A DNA stretch of 64,000 nucleotides, taken from NCBI RefSeq assembly GCF_006345805.1, contig NC_043006.1, positions 83,142,001 through 83,206,000 on the forward strand, read 5' to 3'. This stretch comes from Octopus sinensis (taxonomy: Eukaryota). How positions within the stretch are numbered: position 1 is the stretch's first letter; each line of letters begins with the position of its first letter. The notes beneath the pieces are model-generated. The model saw nothing but the letters and a program-made list of their open reading frames with translations. It made no database searches and was not told where the DNA came from. Made by a program: the position numbers and the translations under genes. Of the stretch, positions 13,037-25,427 are shown piece after piece.

Positions 13037-13552
13037 TTGAGTGAGAGAGCAATGCATACCAACAAAGTGACTCTGGGGTAAAATATACTAAGCCCAGTAT
13101 ACCCATCTGATAAGAGTACACCAGGCACAGGCATCACAAGCATATATCCGTGTCATGGTGATCTTATATCAAGATAAACAGCACATGACCTTGCTGGTGG
13201 GGCCCAGTTAGAATTTTCTTCACCTCGAGTAGCCCATCCCACTCAAAAGGTCCATGAATAAGGGTTGTTTAAGGATGTTGAACGAAACGCTTATGTGTCC
13301 TAAGGTGAATTATCCAATCCCCAAAGAAAACCCTCTCAACACATGGCTATGATACCCCCCCCCACTACTTCTGCTTCAAAGATGCACATATCGTGAGTCA
13401 CTAAGGGAGTGCTCAACTGGTGAAGGTCAAGCAACTGACTAGCAAATCCGTAATATTGAGCAGAATCTTTCCTGTAGCCCATCTTTTATACCAAGATAAA
13501 ATAGTGCACATGATAACACTTCCATTCAGTTAAGATCAGAAGCCATGAGAGC

Positions 13553-13553
<1 letters not shown>
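13037..13553 (-). mobile_element. Second copy of the 1288-1850 repeat
   Basis: Shared sequence; bounded by TTA tracts on both sides. Confidence 0.7.
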
Positions 13554-13630
<77 letters not shown>

Positions 13631-13653
13631 TATTATTATTATTATTATTATTA

Positions 13654-13797
13654 TTCAGTAGCTTTATTTTTATAGCGTGCTTTCACTTCACTACCGAGCG
13701 CAGCTCTGTGTGCCTTGGGTATGTGCTGTGATTTGTTGTGATGCTTATTATTATTATTATTATTATTATTATATCATCATCATCATCATCATCATCA

Positions 13798-13870
<73 letters not shown>

Positions 13871-13985
13871 TATTATTATTATTATTATTATTATTCAGTA
13901 GCTTTATTTTTATAGCGTGCTTTCACTTCACTACCGAGCGCAGCTCTGTGTGCCTTGGGTATGTGCTGTGATTTGTTGTGATGCT
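13654..13985 (-). repeat. Two tandem, about 90-bp terminal fragments of the R4/Dong-like element
   Basis: TTCAGTAGCTTTATTTTTATAGCGTGCTTTCACTTCACTACCGAGCGCAGCTCTG at about 13654 and 13893, matching about 12633. Separated by (TTA)/(TCA) tracts. Confidence 0.85.
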
Positions 13986-14035
13986 TATTATTATTATTAT
14001 TATTATTATTATCATCATCATCATCATCATCATCA

Positions 14036-14094
<59 letters not shown>

Positions 14095-14490
14095 ATTATT
14101 ATTATTGCAGGAATGGCATATTGGTAGATTGTTTAAAGCAGAAATGTCAGCTGCATGAATAGTAAAATTAAAATTAAACTTATAAAATATTTTATAAATT
14201 ACACAGCTTATAGTAACAAGAGGTATGACATATTTTATAACATTTTTGAAGAGGAAAAAAAATGAGAAATTCTGACGCGATTTGTGAATGAGTTCGTGAA
14301 TTCTTGTGTGCGTGGGAGAGTGTCTCTATGTTTGTGCAATTTGTTAAAGCTCTATATTTGAAGTGTATTATATATGCGCAAGTGACAATAGCGTTTGATC
14401 TGAGGTTCCAATTCAGCAACGCAAAAGGCAAACATACAAAAACGTACACACATTTACACTTTCACAAACAAACATATGTGTACAAATGTA

Positions 14491-14588
<98 letters not shown>

Positions 14589-16252
14589 TATACATATATA
14601 TACATATATATACATATATCAACCAGCACCGAGATAAGAGAATCAATATACATCCTGTACTACTTGTGTGAAAGATCTTGAATGTTAAATTACATCATGT
14701 AAAAAGAAACGGTTTCTTTTACATGATGTAATTGATTTGTTCATCAATAAAAAAAACACGTGTGAAACAGGTGTAGTGAACCCCAGTGCATTTAAGCTAT
14801 TATTTATACTATGCCACACTCGGAACGTTCCCCTGCGTTGGACATTGAGCCAACAGTGGAGCGTGAACTGCATGCCGGAATGTAAACATGTGTGATTTTA
14901 TGTATACATCTAGTTTCATCACCTGCAACTTGGTTTTTATAGTTGTAAAGAATCTTCATGATTTCCAAGTATTGGATATATTGGACAATATATCACTAAC
15001 TTTTTAATTCTTAATTCAAATTTTTGTTTTCTTGAATGAGGCTTAGATGGCTTTCTGTTTCACCATCAGGATATTTTTTAGGCTCAAAATATGTGTAAAA
15101 ATGGTGTTTAAAACTTAATCAAATGACAGAAGTTAGCGTCCATGATATTTAACACGGCTTTTCAGACTAGTTTCAGAAAGAAACGGTAAAAATCTACGAG
15201 TCATGGCTTTCATTGAAAGTCGATCGTGATTTCTTCGAATCTAAGATGATCTTGTTCCAATGCTTGCAAAATGCATTAACTCCGCTCAAGGCGACCAAGT
15301 TCCAAGTGGTGGTGGTGATGGTGATGATAGTGATGATGATGAGGATGATGATGGGGGAAGAGTTCATCTTCGTCGTCGTCGTGGTAATATATGGTAAAAA
15401 TAGATTTTGAAATGAAAAACGCTCCTTACCAGCCGAAGGGATTATAATCGCTTTCGTTTTTCTTAACCTTCCCCCACCGTATATCATTCCCCCAATTTCA
15501 TTAAACGGATGACCGAATGTCAGAAACATTCCATAACTCCAATTATTTCCCTTTAGTTTTAAACTGTCCCTTGTTTTTACTCGGAGACTTGCCCTCGATT
15601 AAATAGCAGGAATTTTTATGAGGGGCTATATTTCAACAGAATGCGACATACACCTCAATAAACCTCGACATATTTCTGATTTTAGTGTCCAGCCTCCTAA
15701 AAAGAAAGGCTTGTGTTGTATCTAGGGTGGATGTGGGTTGACTTTCGAACAATCTTTATTCATCTGTGTAATTTTGTTATCTAGCAAATCATTCTGCTTG
15801 AAGAGAATAAATATATTTCGTTTCGACTTATTTTGACATGCTTCTCTGTTTTAAAGAATTTTCTTCCTGGAATAGAATACAAACAAGAAAAGTAAACAGA
15901 CTCGCGATTTTATAATAATAACGATGATGATGATGATGACGCCGACGACGACGATGACGTTGATGATGATGATGATAACTTCTAATGATATTGTTCCACT
16001 GATTCTAAGGCATGATGATGATGATGATGCTGATCATTATTATTTTTATTATTACTTTTTTAATTCTATTTTTATTATAGTATCCCATGTATGCCTCCCT
16101 TCTATGTCTTATTGGATACTGAGTATATTTTCTATACATTTATATATATTTTCCCCTCTCGTTTCATTATATGTAAATTCCCTAACTTGATATCCGTCTT
16201 TGTTTTGTTCCCCTCATCATTTTCCCTAATGGCAAATAAAAGAAATCGTTAC

Positions 16253-16316
<64 letters not shown>

Positions 16317-17239
16317 TTCTCTTTATCACAGGTTTTGTTGGAGCTCCTGGAGTCCTACCTGCAGCCTACGGTACCATGCTATTCGTTCTTTTCAGCTTAT
16401 CTAAAACTTACCTTCATTATCTTCGTTGCAGTCATTTTTATAATAGTTCCTCACCTTGCTGTTATCAGTCGTCCCCATTTTCATAATAGTTCCTCACCTT
16501 ATCGGTCGTCGTATTCATTGTAAGCGATCTATTGACTATGCCAATGTATAATCTCATTTCACAACCAGTCATACAAACAGGTTAACGGTATAACACACAT
16601 TACACGCTTATCACATGAAACACATCCTACACTATACCATATTACATATCACACAAATCACATAATTTGTACGGTAAACATCATGCACATTACACAACAA
16701 ACATTACTATGACACATTATACATACCGCATATCACGCGCACCACATTGATCATTATAACTACACAAATCCCATACATTTCTCAAATAACACATATATCG
16801 CACATTACACATTGTAAATATGTTTTTTTTTACTTTTTGCTATAGGCACAAGGCTTGAAGTTCTTCTGGAACAAATTAATCGATAACATCGACCCCAGTA
16901 ATGAAGTACCACATACACATGAAAACGCATAAAGTTCACAAATAACTCACATCCCCATGATGTATTTCACGCAAAACACATATTTACCACACACATATAA
17001 AATATTTTATATACCACACCACTGACATTTCAGATAGATATCACACACATATCACGCAAAATATTCATTATTCACGTCACTATACATCTCCCGTATCACA
17101 TACATTACACATACCGCACATATATCACACATATGATATACGGGCAAAACGCCCCCCTCCAAATAACGGTGCTGAGTTGTCAAACATTTAAACCAAATTT
17201 TCTCAAAACAACTTGTCCGACCGTCCCATAGGCCTCCCC

Positions 17240-17692
17240 TTTGAGAAACGCTGATTTAACCTAAATTTGAGACTCCAGCAAAAGAAGAAATAAAGATAGA
17301 CTTTTTTTCTATTCCAAAGAAAAACGATTTTATTCACACAAATATGCAACCGAAGAGTTTAAAGTACCAGTAATGATAAGGCTGTTGACTGGGAGAACAC
17401 AAACATGGTTTAAACAGTAAGCTTGGCAGGAAAGAAACGTGCCTTCAAGCAGTACAAAAACAACAAAAAATGGAAGGTGCAGTTATGTACAGGTTGACGA
17501 AAAAAAAGCAGGTAAAAAACGGCTTTATCGATCGCATTCTCACCTGGAATCAATTTTTGTAATGTTTTTCAAGACTTATACACACCCTGATACCGTCGGT
17601 ATCTACAAATCAAATTTGAGCGCAGTCGGATGGCGGATGCCCGAGATCCGAGAAGACACACACACAGACAGAACGGATGTTATATACGAGAT
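17240..17692 (+). mobile_element. Possible non-autonomous Helitron/Helentron-like element end
   Basis: Terminal pattern CAAATTTGAGCGCAGTCGGATG...(AC)n AGACAGA...TTATATACGAGAT resembles HINE/DINE-type ends. No coding evidence; the left boundary is uncertain. Confidence 0.3.
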
Positions 17693-18104
17693 TATACCAT
17701 CACACGCACCCTATAAAACGCATTATACATCTCGTATACTTCACAAATCTCACACCATAAACATCACACATATCACACATACGATACCACTCACACACAT
17801 TAGATATATATCACACATATAACACACAAATTAATTATCGCACACATCACATTACATACGATACACATGTCGCATATCACATACATCATACATATATCAC
17901 ATACATATCACGCAAATTAATCATCGCAGATATCACATACGTTACATAAAATTCACACTACACAACACCATTGCCACACACATATTGCGTAACAGATAAC
18001 GTAACATACACTCCACACACACGAGCACGTGCACACACAGACATACACAGACAAATTCTTATTACACACCTTGAATAACACACACGTCACACATACCAAA
18101 CATA

Positions 18105-18135
<31 letters not shown>

Positions 18136-18205
18136 CATACATACATACATGCATGCATGCATACATACATACATACTTGTATACATACATACATACATAC
18201 ATACA

Positions 18206-18237
<32 letters not shown>

Positions 18238-18244
18238 AGCATAC

Positions 18245-18528
18245 AACACGTCTGTTCCTTCTCGAGCCACGCCTGACTCATAAGGGCGGTTTCCCGGTTT
18301 CCTTGGCGTATAGGTTCCCCACCTGGACGGGACACCGGTCCGTCGCGGGTGAGCTGCAAGATGCAGGAGAAAAGAGTGAGAGAAATTTGTGGCGAAAGAG
18401 TCAGCAGAAGTTCGCCATTACCTTCTGCCGGTGCCGCGTGGAGCTTAAGTGTTTCGCTCATAAACACACACCTTGCCCGGTCTGAGATTCAAACCCGCGA
18501 TCCCTCGACCACTAGGCCATGTGCCTCC
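18245..18528 (-). mobile_element. tRNA-derived SINE, family C
   Basis: Minus-strand head GGAGGCACATGGCCTAGTGG...GGGTTTGAATCTC. Closely similar to 52335-52605. Confidence 0.85.
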
Positions 18529-19101
18529 GCACATATATCACATAACACACGCATAATATATCTCGAATGTCACATACATCATACTTAGCCGACACACACA
18601 CACACACACACACACATCATGCATATCACACCCATACATCATGCATATAACAAACACATACACAGATGCGCCATATTTCACACATCACACAATACACATA
18701 GAACATGCTTCATATCACACACACACACATGGTCTCTCTCTCACACACACACACACAGAACTCATACGTTCACATCACAGCATTCATACATTCTCATCAC
18801 ACCACATGCCTTTCCGTTGAAGCACACCACTTCATGTTAGCAAATGTCAGAGACGTTTACACATTGAAGTCTTAAGACACACTCTCATCATTTAAATATA
18901 GATTGTGTCAAGAATTAGACGAAGGTGCTGCCTGCAAGAGGTGGGGGAAACTAAATGTTAACATCGCGTCACCCGCATACCCGTCTTCTCTCTTGCCTTG
19001 TGTATGGGTGTGTGTGTGTGTACACACACACACATATATATATATATATACATATATACATAAATACATATATGTATATAAATGCATACATATGTATATG
19101 C

Positions 19102-19159
<58 letters not shown>

Positions 19160-19174
19160 GTGCGTGTATGTATG

Positions 19175-19226
<52 letters not shown>

Positions 19227-19564
19227 TATATATAACTGCTGTTGAAAGGTAAGCAGATGTTATTCTAAGGAAGCAAGGAAGAGAAGCGACTGTTATTTAT
19301 TTATTTATTTATTTATTATTTATTTTTTATTTATTTATTCACTTATTCATTCATTCTTATAGTTTCAGGACCGTTACTGTAGCTGACTGCACAAGATTTA
19401 GAGGATTCAAGGCAACATAGCGAAATAGGGGCCCGTGCGGTAAACGGGTAGTAGGGAGGGTGGTATTTGTTTATCGTAGTGGTGATGGTGGCGGTGGTGG
19501 TTGTTTTACTGGTGGTTATGGAGGGTGTGTTTGTATGCGTATGTAAGTATTCTCTTATTCTTTT

Positions 19565-20020
19565 ATGCTTTTACTTGTTTCAGTCATCTGACTGCGGCCA
19601 TGCTGGAGCACCGTCTTAATGGGTTTTAGTGGAACATATCGACTCCAGAACTTATTCATTGTAAACCTAGTACTTATTTTATCGGATCTTTTTGGCCGAA
19701 CTGTCAAGGTACGGGAACGTAAACACACCAACATCGGTTGTCAAGTGGTGGGGGTACAAACACAGGCACAAACACACACACACACACACACATACATACA
19801 TACTACATACATACATACATACATACATACATACATACATACATACACACATACATACACACACGACAGGCTTCTTTCAGTTTCCGTCTACCAAATCCAC
19901 TCAAAAGGCTTTAGTTGGCCCGAAGCTATAGAAGAAGACACTTGCCCAAGGTGCCACGCAGTGGGACTGAACCCTGAAGCGTATGGTTGGGAAGCCAGCT
20001 TTTAATCACACCTGCGCTTA
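19565..20020 (-). mobile_element. SINE family B, full unit (tRNA/CORE-like head, internal microsatellite, about 200-bp tail)
   Basis: Head GGTTCAGTCCCACTGCGTGGCACCTTGGGCAAGTGTCTTC. Tail ends GCTCCAGCATGGCCGCAGTCA...GAAACAAGTAAAAG. Same layout at 27211, 42900 and 53990. Confidence 0.85.
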
Positions 20021-20716
20021 TATGTGTATATATGAGTATTTTCAACCTTGTCTTTCATTCTCTCAGGGTCAATAAATTAAAGCACGAATCCCGAGTGAGT
20101 GAATAGACGAAATTGTATGAACGTTAGACTGCATGTCTTGAGGATTTTGTTCCCTGTTTCTGCCTTCTGAGTTCAAATCTCACAATGGCCTACATGGCTA
20201 GTAGACTTAATTCATCGCTCGGCTTAACCCCCACCACATGGTACTTTGGATGTTTTAGTGGTGCCCACTCAATTATAAGTAATCGGGTTAGGTCTCCGGT
20301 TTAAGAATGCTATCTTCTCTCACACCGATTAGTCTTGGAAGCCCTGTAAGAGGTCGTGGACATTGCTTGGCCTTCTGATTAAAAGATGAACATATGAATC
20401 AATCATCCTGATACTTTCTGTCATGTACCTCGAACAGATAAAAGACATATAATTTCAGGTGAATATGAACACAGAGACAGTAAATTACGAGACGTTCTGC
20501 CTGACGCTCGAACGATTCTGCCTCTGACAGATGTGTCTAGCAACGTAACTAAGTATGAGGATGATGTATGCTGGGCCCCCGAGAGAATTTTTGCCAGGCG
20601 GAACAATACCTGCTTTCGGGTCCTTGGGGAAATTCAAAGCAACTAGCGTATTTATAATTTTTATTCTTACATTTTGTGTGTGTTGTGTGTGTGTGTGTGC
20701 ATGTGTGTGTGTGTGT

Positions 20717-20756
<40 letters not shown>

Positions 20757-20887
20757 TAAACCTATAAAAACTCAAATTCCTTTGTATTTTGAAAGTGCCC
20801 ATGTTTGAGGTGTCCCGAAAGCATGTCTTGTTCCACCTCGTAAAACTTCTCTCAAAGACCCTACTTACACCATACTATCGATGTATA

Positions 20888-20978
<91 letters not shown>

Positions 20979-20985
<7 letters not shown>

Positions 20986-21097
20986 ATCACGTGACCGACC
21001 AGTCCATCAGATGTAGTTACACATCGCTGGTCACAATGCGTTCGCATTGTTTTAGCCTTCGAATGACGCCACCCCGCTGGCTAAGCGAGCAGGCCAA
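20979..21097. repeat. Second copy of the 2255-2358 repeat
   Basis: Sequence match by eye; flanked by (TA)n. Confidence 0.8.
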
Positions 21098-21126
21098 TGT
21101 ATATATATATAATATATATATATATA

Positions 21127-21158
<32 letters not shown>

Positions 21159-21567
21159 CACACAAACACGCATATCTGTATGTTATTTCCTGCGGTCTAT
21201 CTTGGGACCATTTAACAACAATGTGACCTTCATATAACTAAGGTATCTTCAGCCTGATGAGTAGCTAGTGGAGTATCCGTCGTTGAGTAATTATTACTTC
21301 CGAGGTTCTGCTAGCTAGGAAACATATGTAACCTGTATTTTACCTGTTCCATTCCCTCATTTTGGACTTTTATTTGCATACATAGCAACCCTACTTGCTA
21401 ACCATGAATAACTTCTTTCTACTTACATGGGAAAATCTCACAACTTTCTCCGCCAATAAACTACTATTGTTCCTGAAAGTTGTTTTTTTTATTCCTTCTA
21501 GAGACTGTTCGAAGCTTACTTCCTACACTTAGATCCTTGGATCTTACATTTACATATCATTATACAT

Positions 21568-23839
21568 TAGGGTGTCAATTTTAATAACTTACTAAAAATT
21601 TATACACTGTTCGATATTTTGAGCTGCAAGTGTTCCATAGCTCTGTGTTCGAAAGAGTTTTTTCCCACAGGTAAGAGAGGAAATCATTCTCACATTGACT
21701 ATTGTTTCCCTCGTGAAAAGAAGATACTTTTTCTAGAGCTAGATTCCATAAGCTCACAGAGGACAAAAGCAAGATACCAATGCAGTATGCAAATGGGCTC
21801 AACTGATTATAAAGAAAGTAAGAGACAGATTTCTACTGAAAAAAAAAGGAAAGGCCTTGTCAGAGAAAGGAAAGAAAATATGATAATGAAGAGTGAAGCC
21901 ATGCAAAGAGAAGAGCAGCACTGCCATGATGTTTATCAGTTGGTTGATAGTTCTTCTGAAGAAAATGAAGTAATGTCAGATGAAAATTTTAAAGAATCTT
22001 CTGAAGCCATACCAAAGAGAGGAGAATACAATACAAGGGACTTTTCAAATATTAGCTAGTAATCGTCAGCATACTGGACTCCGTGATGCTGCTGAAATTA
22101 CAACTGCCGCTTGGATAGATGCAGGCCTCATCAGTCAAGAATATTCATGCATGGTTAGAGATCAAAATAAACTTAGAAGAGCGTAAGAAGAAGTAACGAG
22201 TGAGATATCTGATCATTAAGAAAAAGAATTAAAAGGAGGGCTCTCCTGTCTTTTGTTTGATGAGGGAACAGATGAAACCAAAGTTATGGTTGGAGTAGAT
22301 GGAATTACCAGAGTTTTTCCAATGTAAATCAAAGAACACTACACTGTCTGAGCCTGGTAGTCAGATTTTGTTTCATTTTACACCTGAAGTTGAAGTGGAA
22401 TGGAAAAGACATGCAGAGGTAATTGCTGATAATATTTTATGCTGGTTTCAAGTGAGAAGACTTGAAAATTCAGTGCTAGCAATTAGAGGGGATTCAACAG
22501 CAGTGAATACTGGCTGGAAGGGAGGTGTAATAAGTTATTTAGAGAAAAAAAACCTTGAAGGAAGACTTATTTGGATTGTATGGGATTTGCATACAGGTGA
22601 GCTACCTCTTCGTCACCTCATCCAGGAAATTGATAGTCCAAGAAAAAAGAAATAATAAGTGGCCAGGTCCTCTTGACAACATGTTGGATGAAGCAACACA
22701 GCTAGAATATAAATGCAGACTTTCCAAAGATTGAAGTAGGCCCTCCCATTCCAGTGTTGCCAGAAGAAATTGTCAAAGACCTCAGCACAGATCAGTCCTA
22801 TGCTTTGCTCAAGCAGTAAGATCAGGTGACGTACCCCAGTCATCGGCTTTCTTGGAGATTGGACCTGTTAGTCACAACCGTTAGTTAACTACAGCTCTGC
22901 GCTTCTGCGAGATGTGGATTTCCAGACAGCAATTGAAGGGAAAGGTTCTGAAGAATTTGAGATTAATTGTTGAATTTAGAGCTGGTGTCTATCTTCCCAA
23001 CTGGTTTAATATCAAGTTCAATCCAAAAAGGGGTCGATGGTCGTCCCAATTACCTTTTGTTTCAATTGCTGCTTGTAAGAACACAAAACAAGTTGATGGA
23101 GGATATTGTGATACCTGTGGTGGGGAGGTCCGCATGGTATGCTCGATCAGAGAAGCAGTGTTGCAAACAATGCTTTCCAGCCAATGTTGGAATCTTCGTA
23201 CTAAGGCTATAGAAACCATTCTAAGAATTAGAAGTATTCCATTTGAAGATGACCAGTTGGGAGACTGTTCATTTAGTCAAAGAAAAGTTGCTCAATTAAC
23301 TGTCAATGTCACCAATATGTCTGCATTAGCTGATTTGAGTTCTGAGGGCTTGGAACCACCATTGACAACATCCTTAACTAGTAAGAATTTCAAAAGCTTT
23401 AAAGGCACACCAACGATAGTACCAAAATGGCCATCACAAACACAAAGTGTTGAGAGGTGTGTTGGTCAATGAAGCTGAGAGTCGTGTTTACAGTCACGAG
23501 AAGCGATAGGGTTACATCAAAGCACAAGCAGTCAGCCGGCAACTGATAAAAAGAAACAACAGCAAGAAGGATGTGAAGGCTTTCACTACTTTCAAATAGT
23601 ATATTGGAATGTATTATGGTTTATATGAAATTTGAAACATAAAGATGCAGGCGAAAACCAATTATACTCAAAATTCTCAAAACATAAATTTCAAACTCAT
23701 ATTGATGTAGTTAAGAGATTGTTAAAATTGTTTTTCTTTCCAGAATTTCGTTTTATATGCTAAAAGGTAACAATAAATTACTACCAAAATTAAAGATTAT
23801 GAAGTTTCCTAATTACTCCCCCCAAATTGACACACCCTA
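21568..23839 (+). mobile_element. hAT-superfamily DNA transposon (hATm-like), decayed transposase
   Basis: TIRs TAGGGTGTCAATTT and AAATTGACACACCCTA. Perfect 8-bp TSD TTATACAT (21560-21567 and 23840-23847). Motifs GDSTAVNTGWKGGVI, LHTGELPLRHL, LSTDQ and TQSVERCV lie in broken frames. Confidence 0.9.
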
Positions 23840-23946
23840 TTATACATATATGTATATATAAATATACATATATACATGCATATGCATATATATGTGTGTA
23901 CGTATGTGTATGTGTGTATGTATAATTGTGTGTGTGTGTTATTATG

Positions 23947-24120
23947 TATGTTCACATTTTGTTTTGTTTTCGTCACTGTCCCTTGTTCGTTTGCTGTTCT
24001 TAGCAGCTTCTCGCCGCTGACGCCACAAAAAGGGAACATTGTCGTTTAAGGCGTAAAATAATAAAGATCTTTTGCACGAAAACTGATGAGGATTAACAAC
24101 GCCTTGGCCTGTGTGTGAAT
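23947..24120. repeat. Interspersed repeat with an inverted copy at 55752-55922
   Basis: GTTCACATTTTGTTTT...CTGTCCCTTGTTC...AGCTTCTCGCC...CTTTTGCACGA...CTGTGTGTGAAT is mirrored at 55752-55922. Confidence 0.8.
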
Positions 24121-24345
24121 TTTCCGTTTGTTCCTCTGTTTCGAGTTCTAATTTTGAAACGTACCGTGTGTGTGTGTTTGTGCGTGTGTGCGTGCGTGTG
24201 TGTGTGTGTGTGTACGCACGTGCGTGTGTATGCGTGTGTGCGTGTGTGTGCTTGCGTGGAGGTGTGTGTATGTATGTATGTTTGTATGTATGTATGTCCT
24301 GAGTAGTACAGTATTATGTATGTATATATATATGTATGTATTATG

Positions 24346-24379
<34 letters not shown>

Positions 24380-24603
24380 TGTATGTATGTATGTATGTAT
24401 GTATGTATGTATGTATGTATGTCCTATGAACCAGAGCGGTGCTCTGATTCAGAAGTTCCAGGGATTTAAGAAGGGTGAAATCGCCTCTTAGCCACTATTT
24501 TGTCCCAGATCTACTCCTACCCAGAGTCGTAACACCTATCAGGGTGCCAGCATATGAACGACAGGATGAATCCTATCTATATGTACATATGTGTGTATGT
24601 ATA

Positions 24604-24634
<31 letters not shown>

Positions 24635-24682
24635 ATGTATGTATGTATGTATGTATGTATGTATGTATGTATATATATATTA

Positions 24683-24716
<34 letters not shown>

Positions 24717-25427
24717 TATATATATATATGTATATATATTATATTAGGGCGGAGCACTAAGATATTCATGGACCTTTCCTTAACTCGCGATTTCAAACCT
24801 ATGTACCGTCTGACACCACTCCCTGATAAGAGTCCGTATGGATATGTATGAGTATATGAGTGTGTCTGTGTGTGTGTGCGTGTGAGTGTTTGTGTGCCTG
24901 CATGTAAGAGAGAAAGACACACACACACACAAACACACACACACACCGACAGACAGAGAGGCAGAGTGTGGAGGTGCTTCTAAGTATGTGGGGGAATGAC
25001 GGGAGTAGATGAAAAGGAATGTGTCATACCTGTAGGTGCATGCTGTAATAGTTTAATCCCAAGCAAAACTTAACCTAGGAAAAGACCTATGACTAAGTGA
25101 TTCCAAACTTGCTCATCCAATCTAATTAAATTTCAGGCATCTAAGACCACATCATTCTATTTTTATCTAATTTTACGTAGAAATTAGAAGATTTGGAAGC
25201 TATTTCTAGCAGGTCCAATGACCCTGTAAGCGTTACTTTCGTTTGTTCCTGCACATATGCGTATGTATGTTATGGTGTTTATGTATGTGTGTGTGTGTGT
25301 GTAGTGTAATGTGTATGTGTGTGTATGTATGACGATGTGTCTATATATGCGTTTACGTGCTTGAAATATGGGCATATGTAGATGTTTGTGTATGTTTGTA
25401 GACGTATAGGCGTAGGAGTGGCTGTGT

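Noticed and set aside
12633-13985. Repeated about 90-bp units with spacers, superficially CRISPR-like
   Set aside because: The units are retrotransposon 3' ends, the spacers are microsatellites or TEs, the context is eukaryotic, and no cas genes are present.
24082-24120. CTGATGAG motif in the 23947 repeat
   Set aside because: No downstream GAAA or stem II in either copy.
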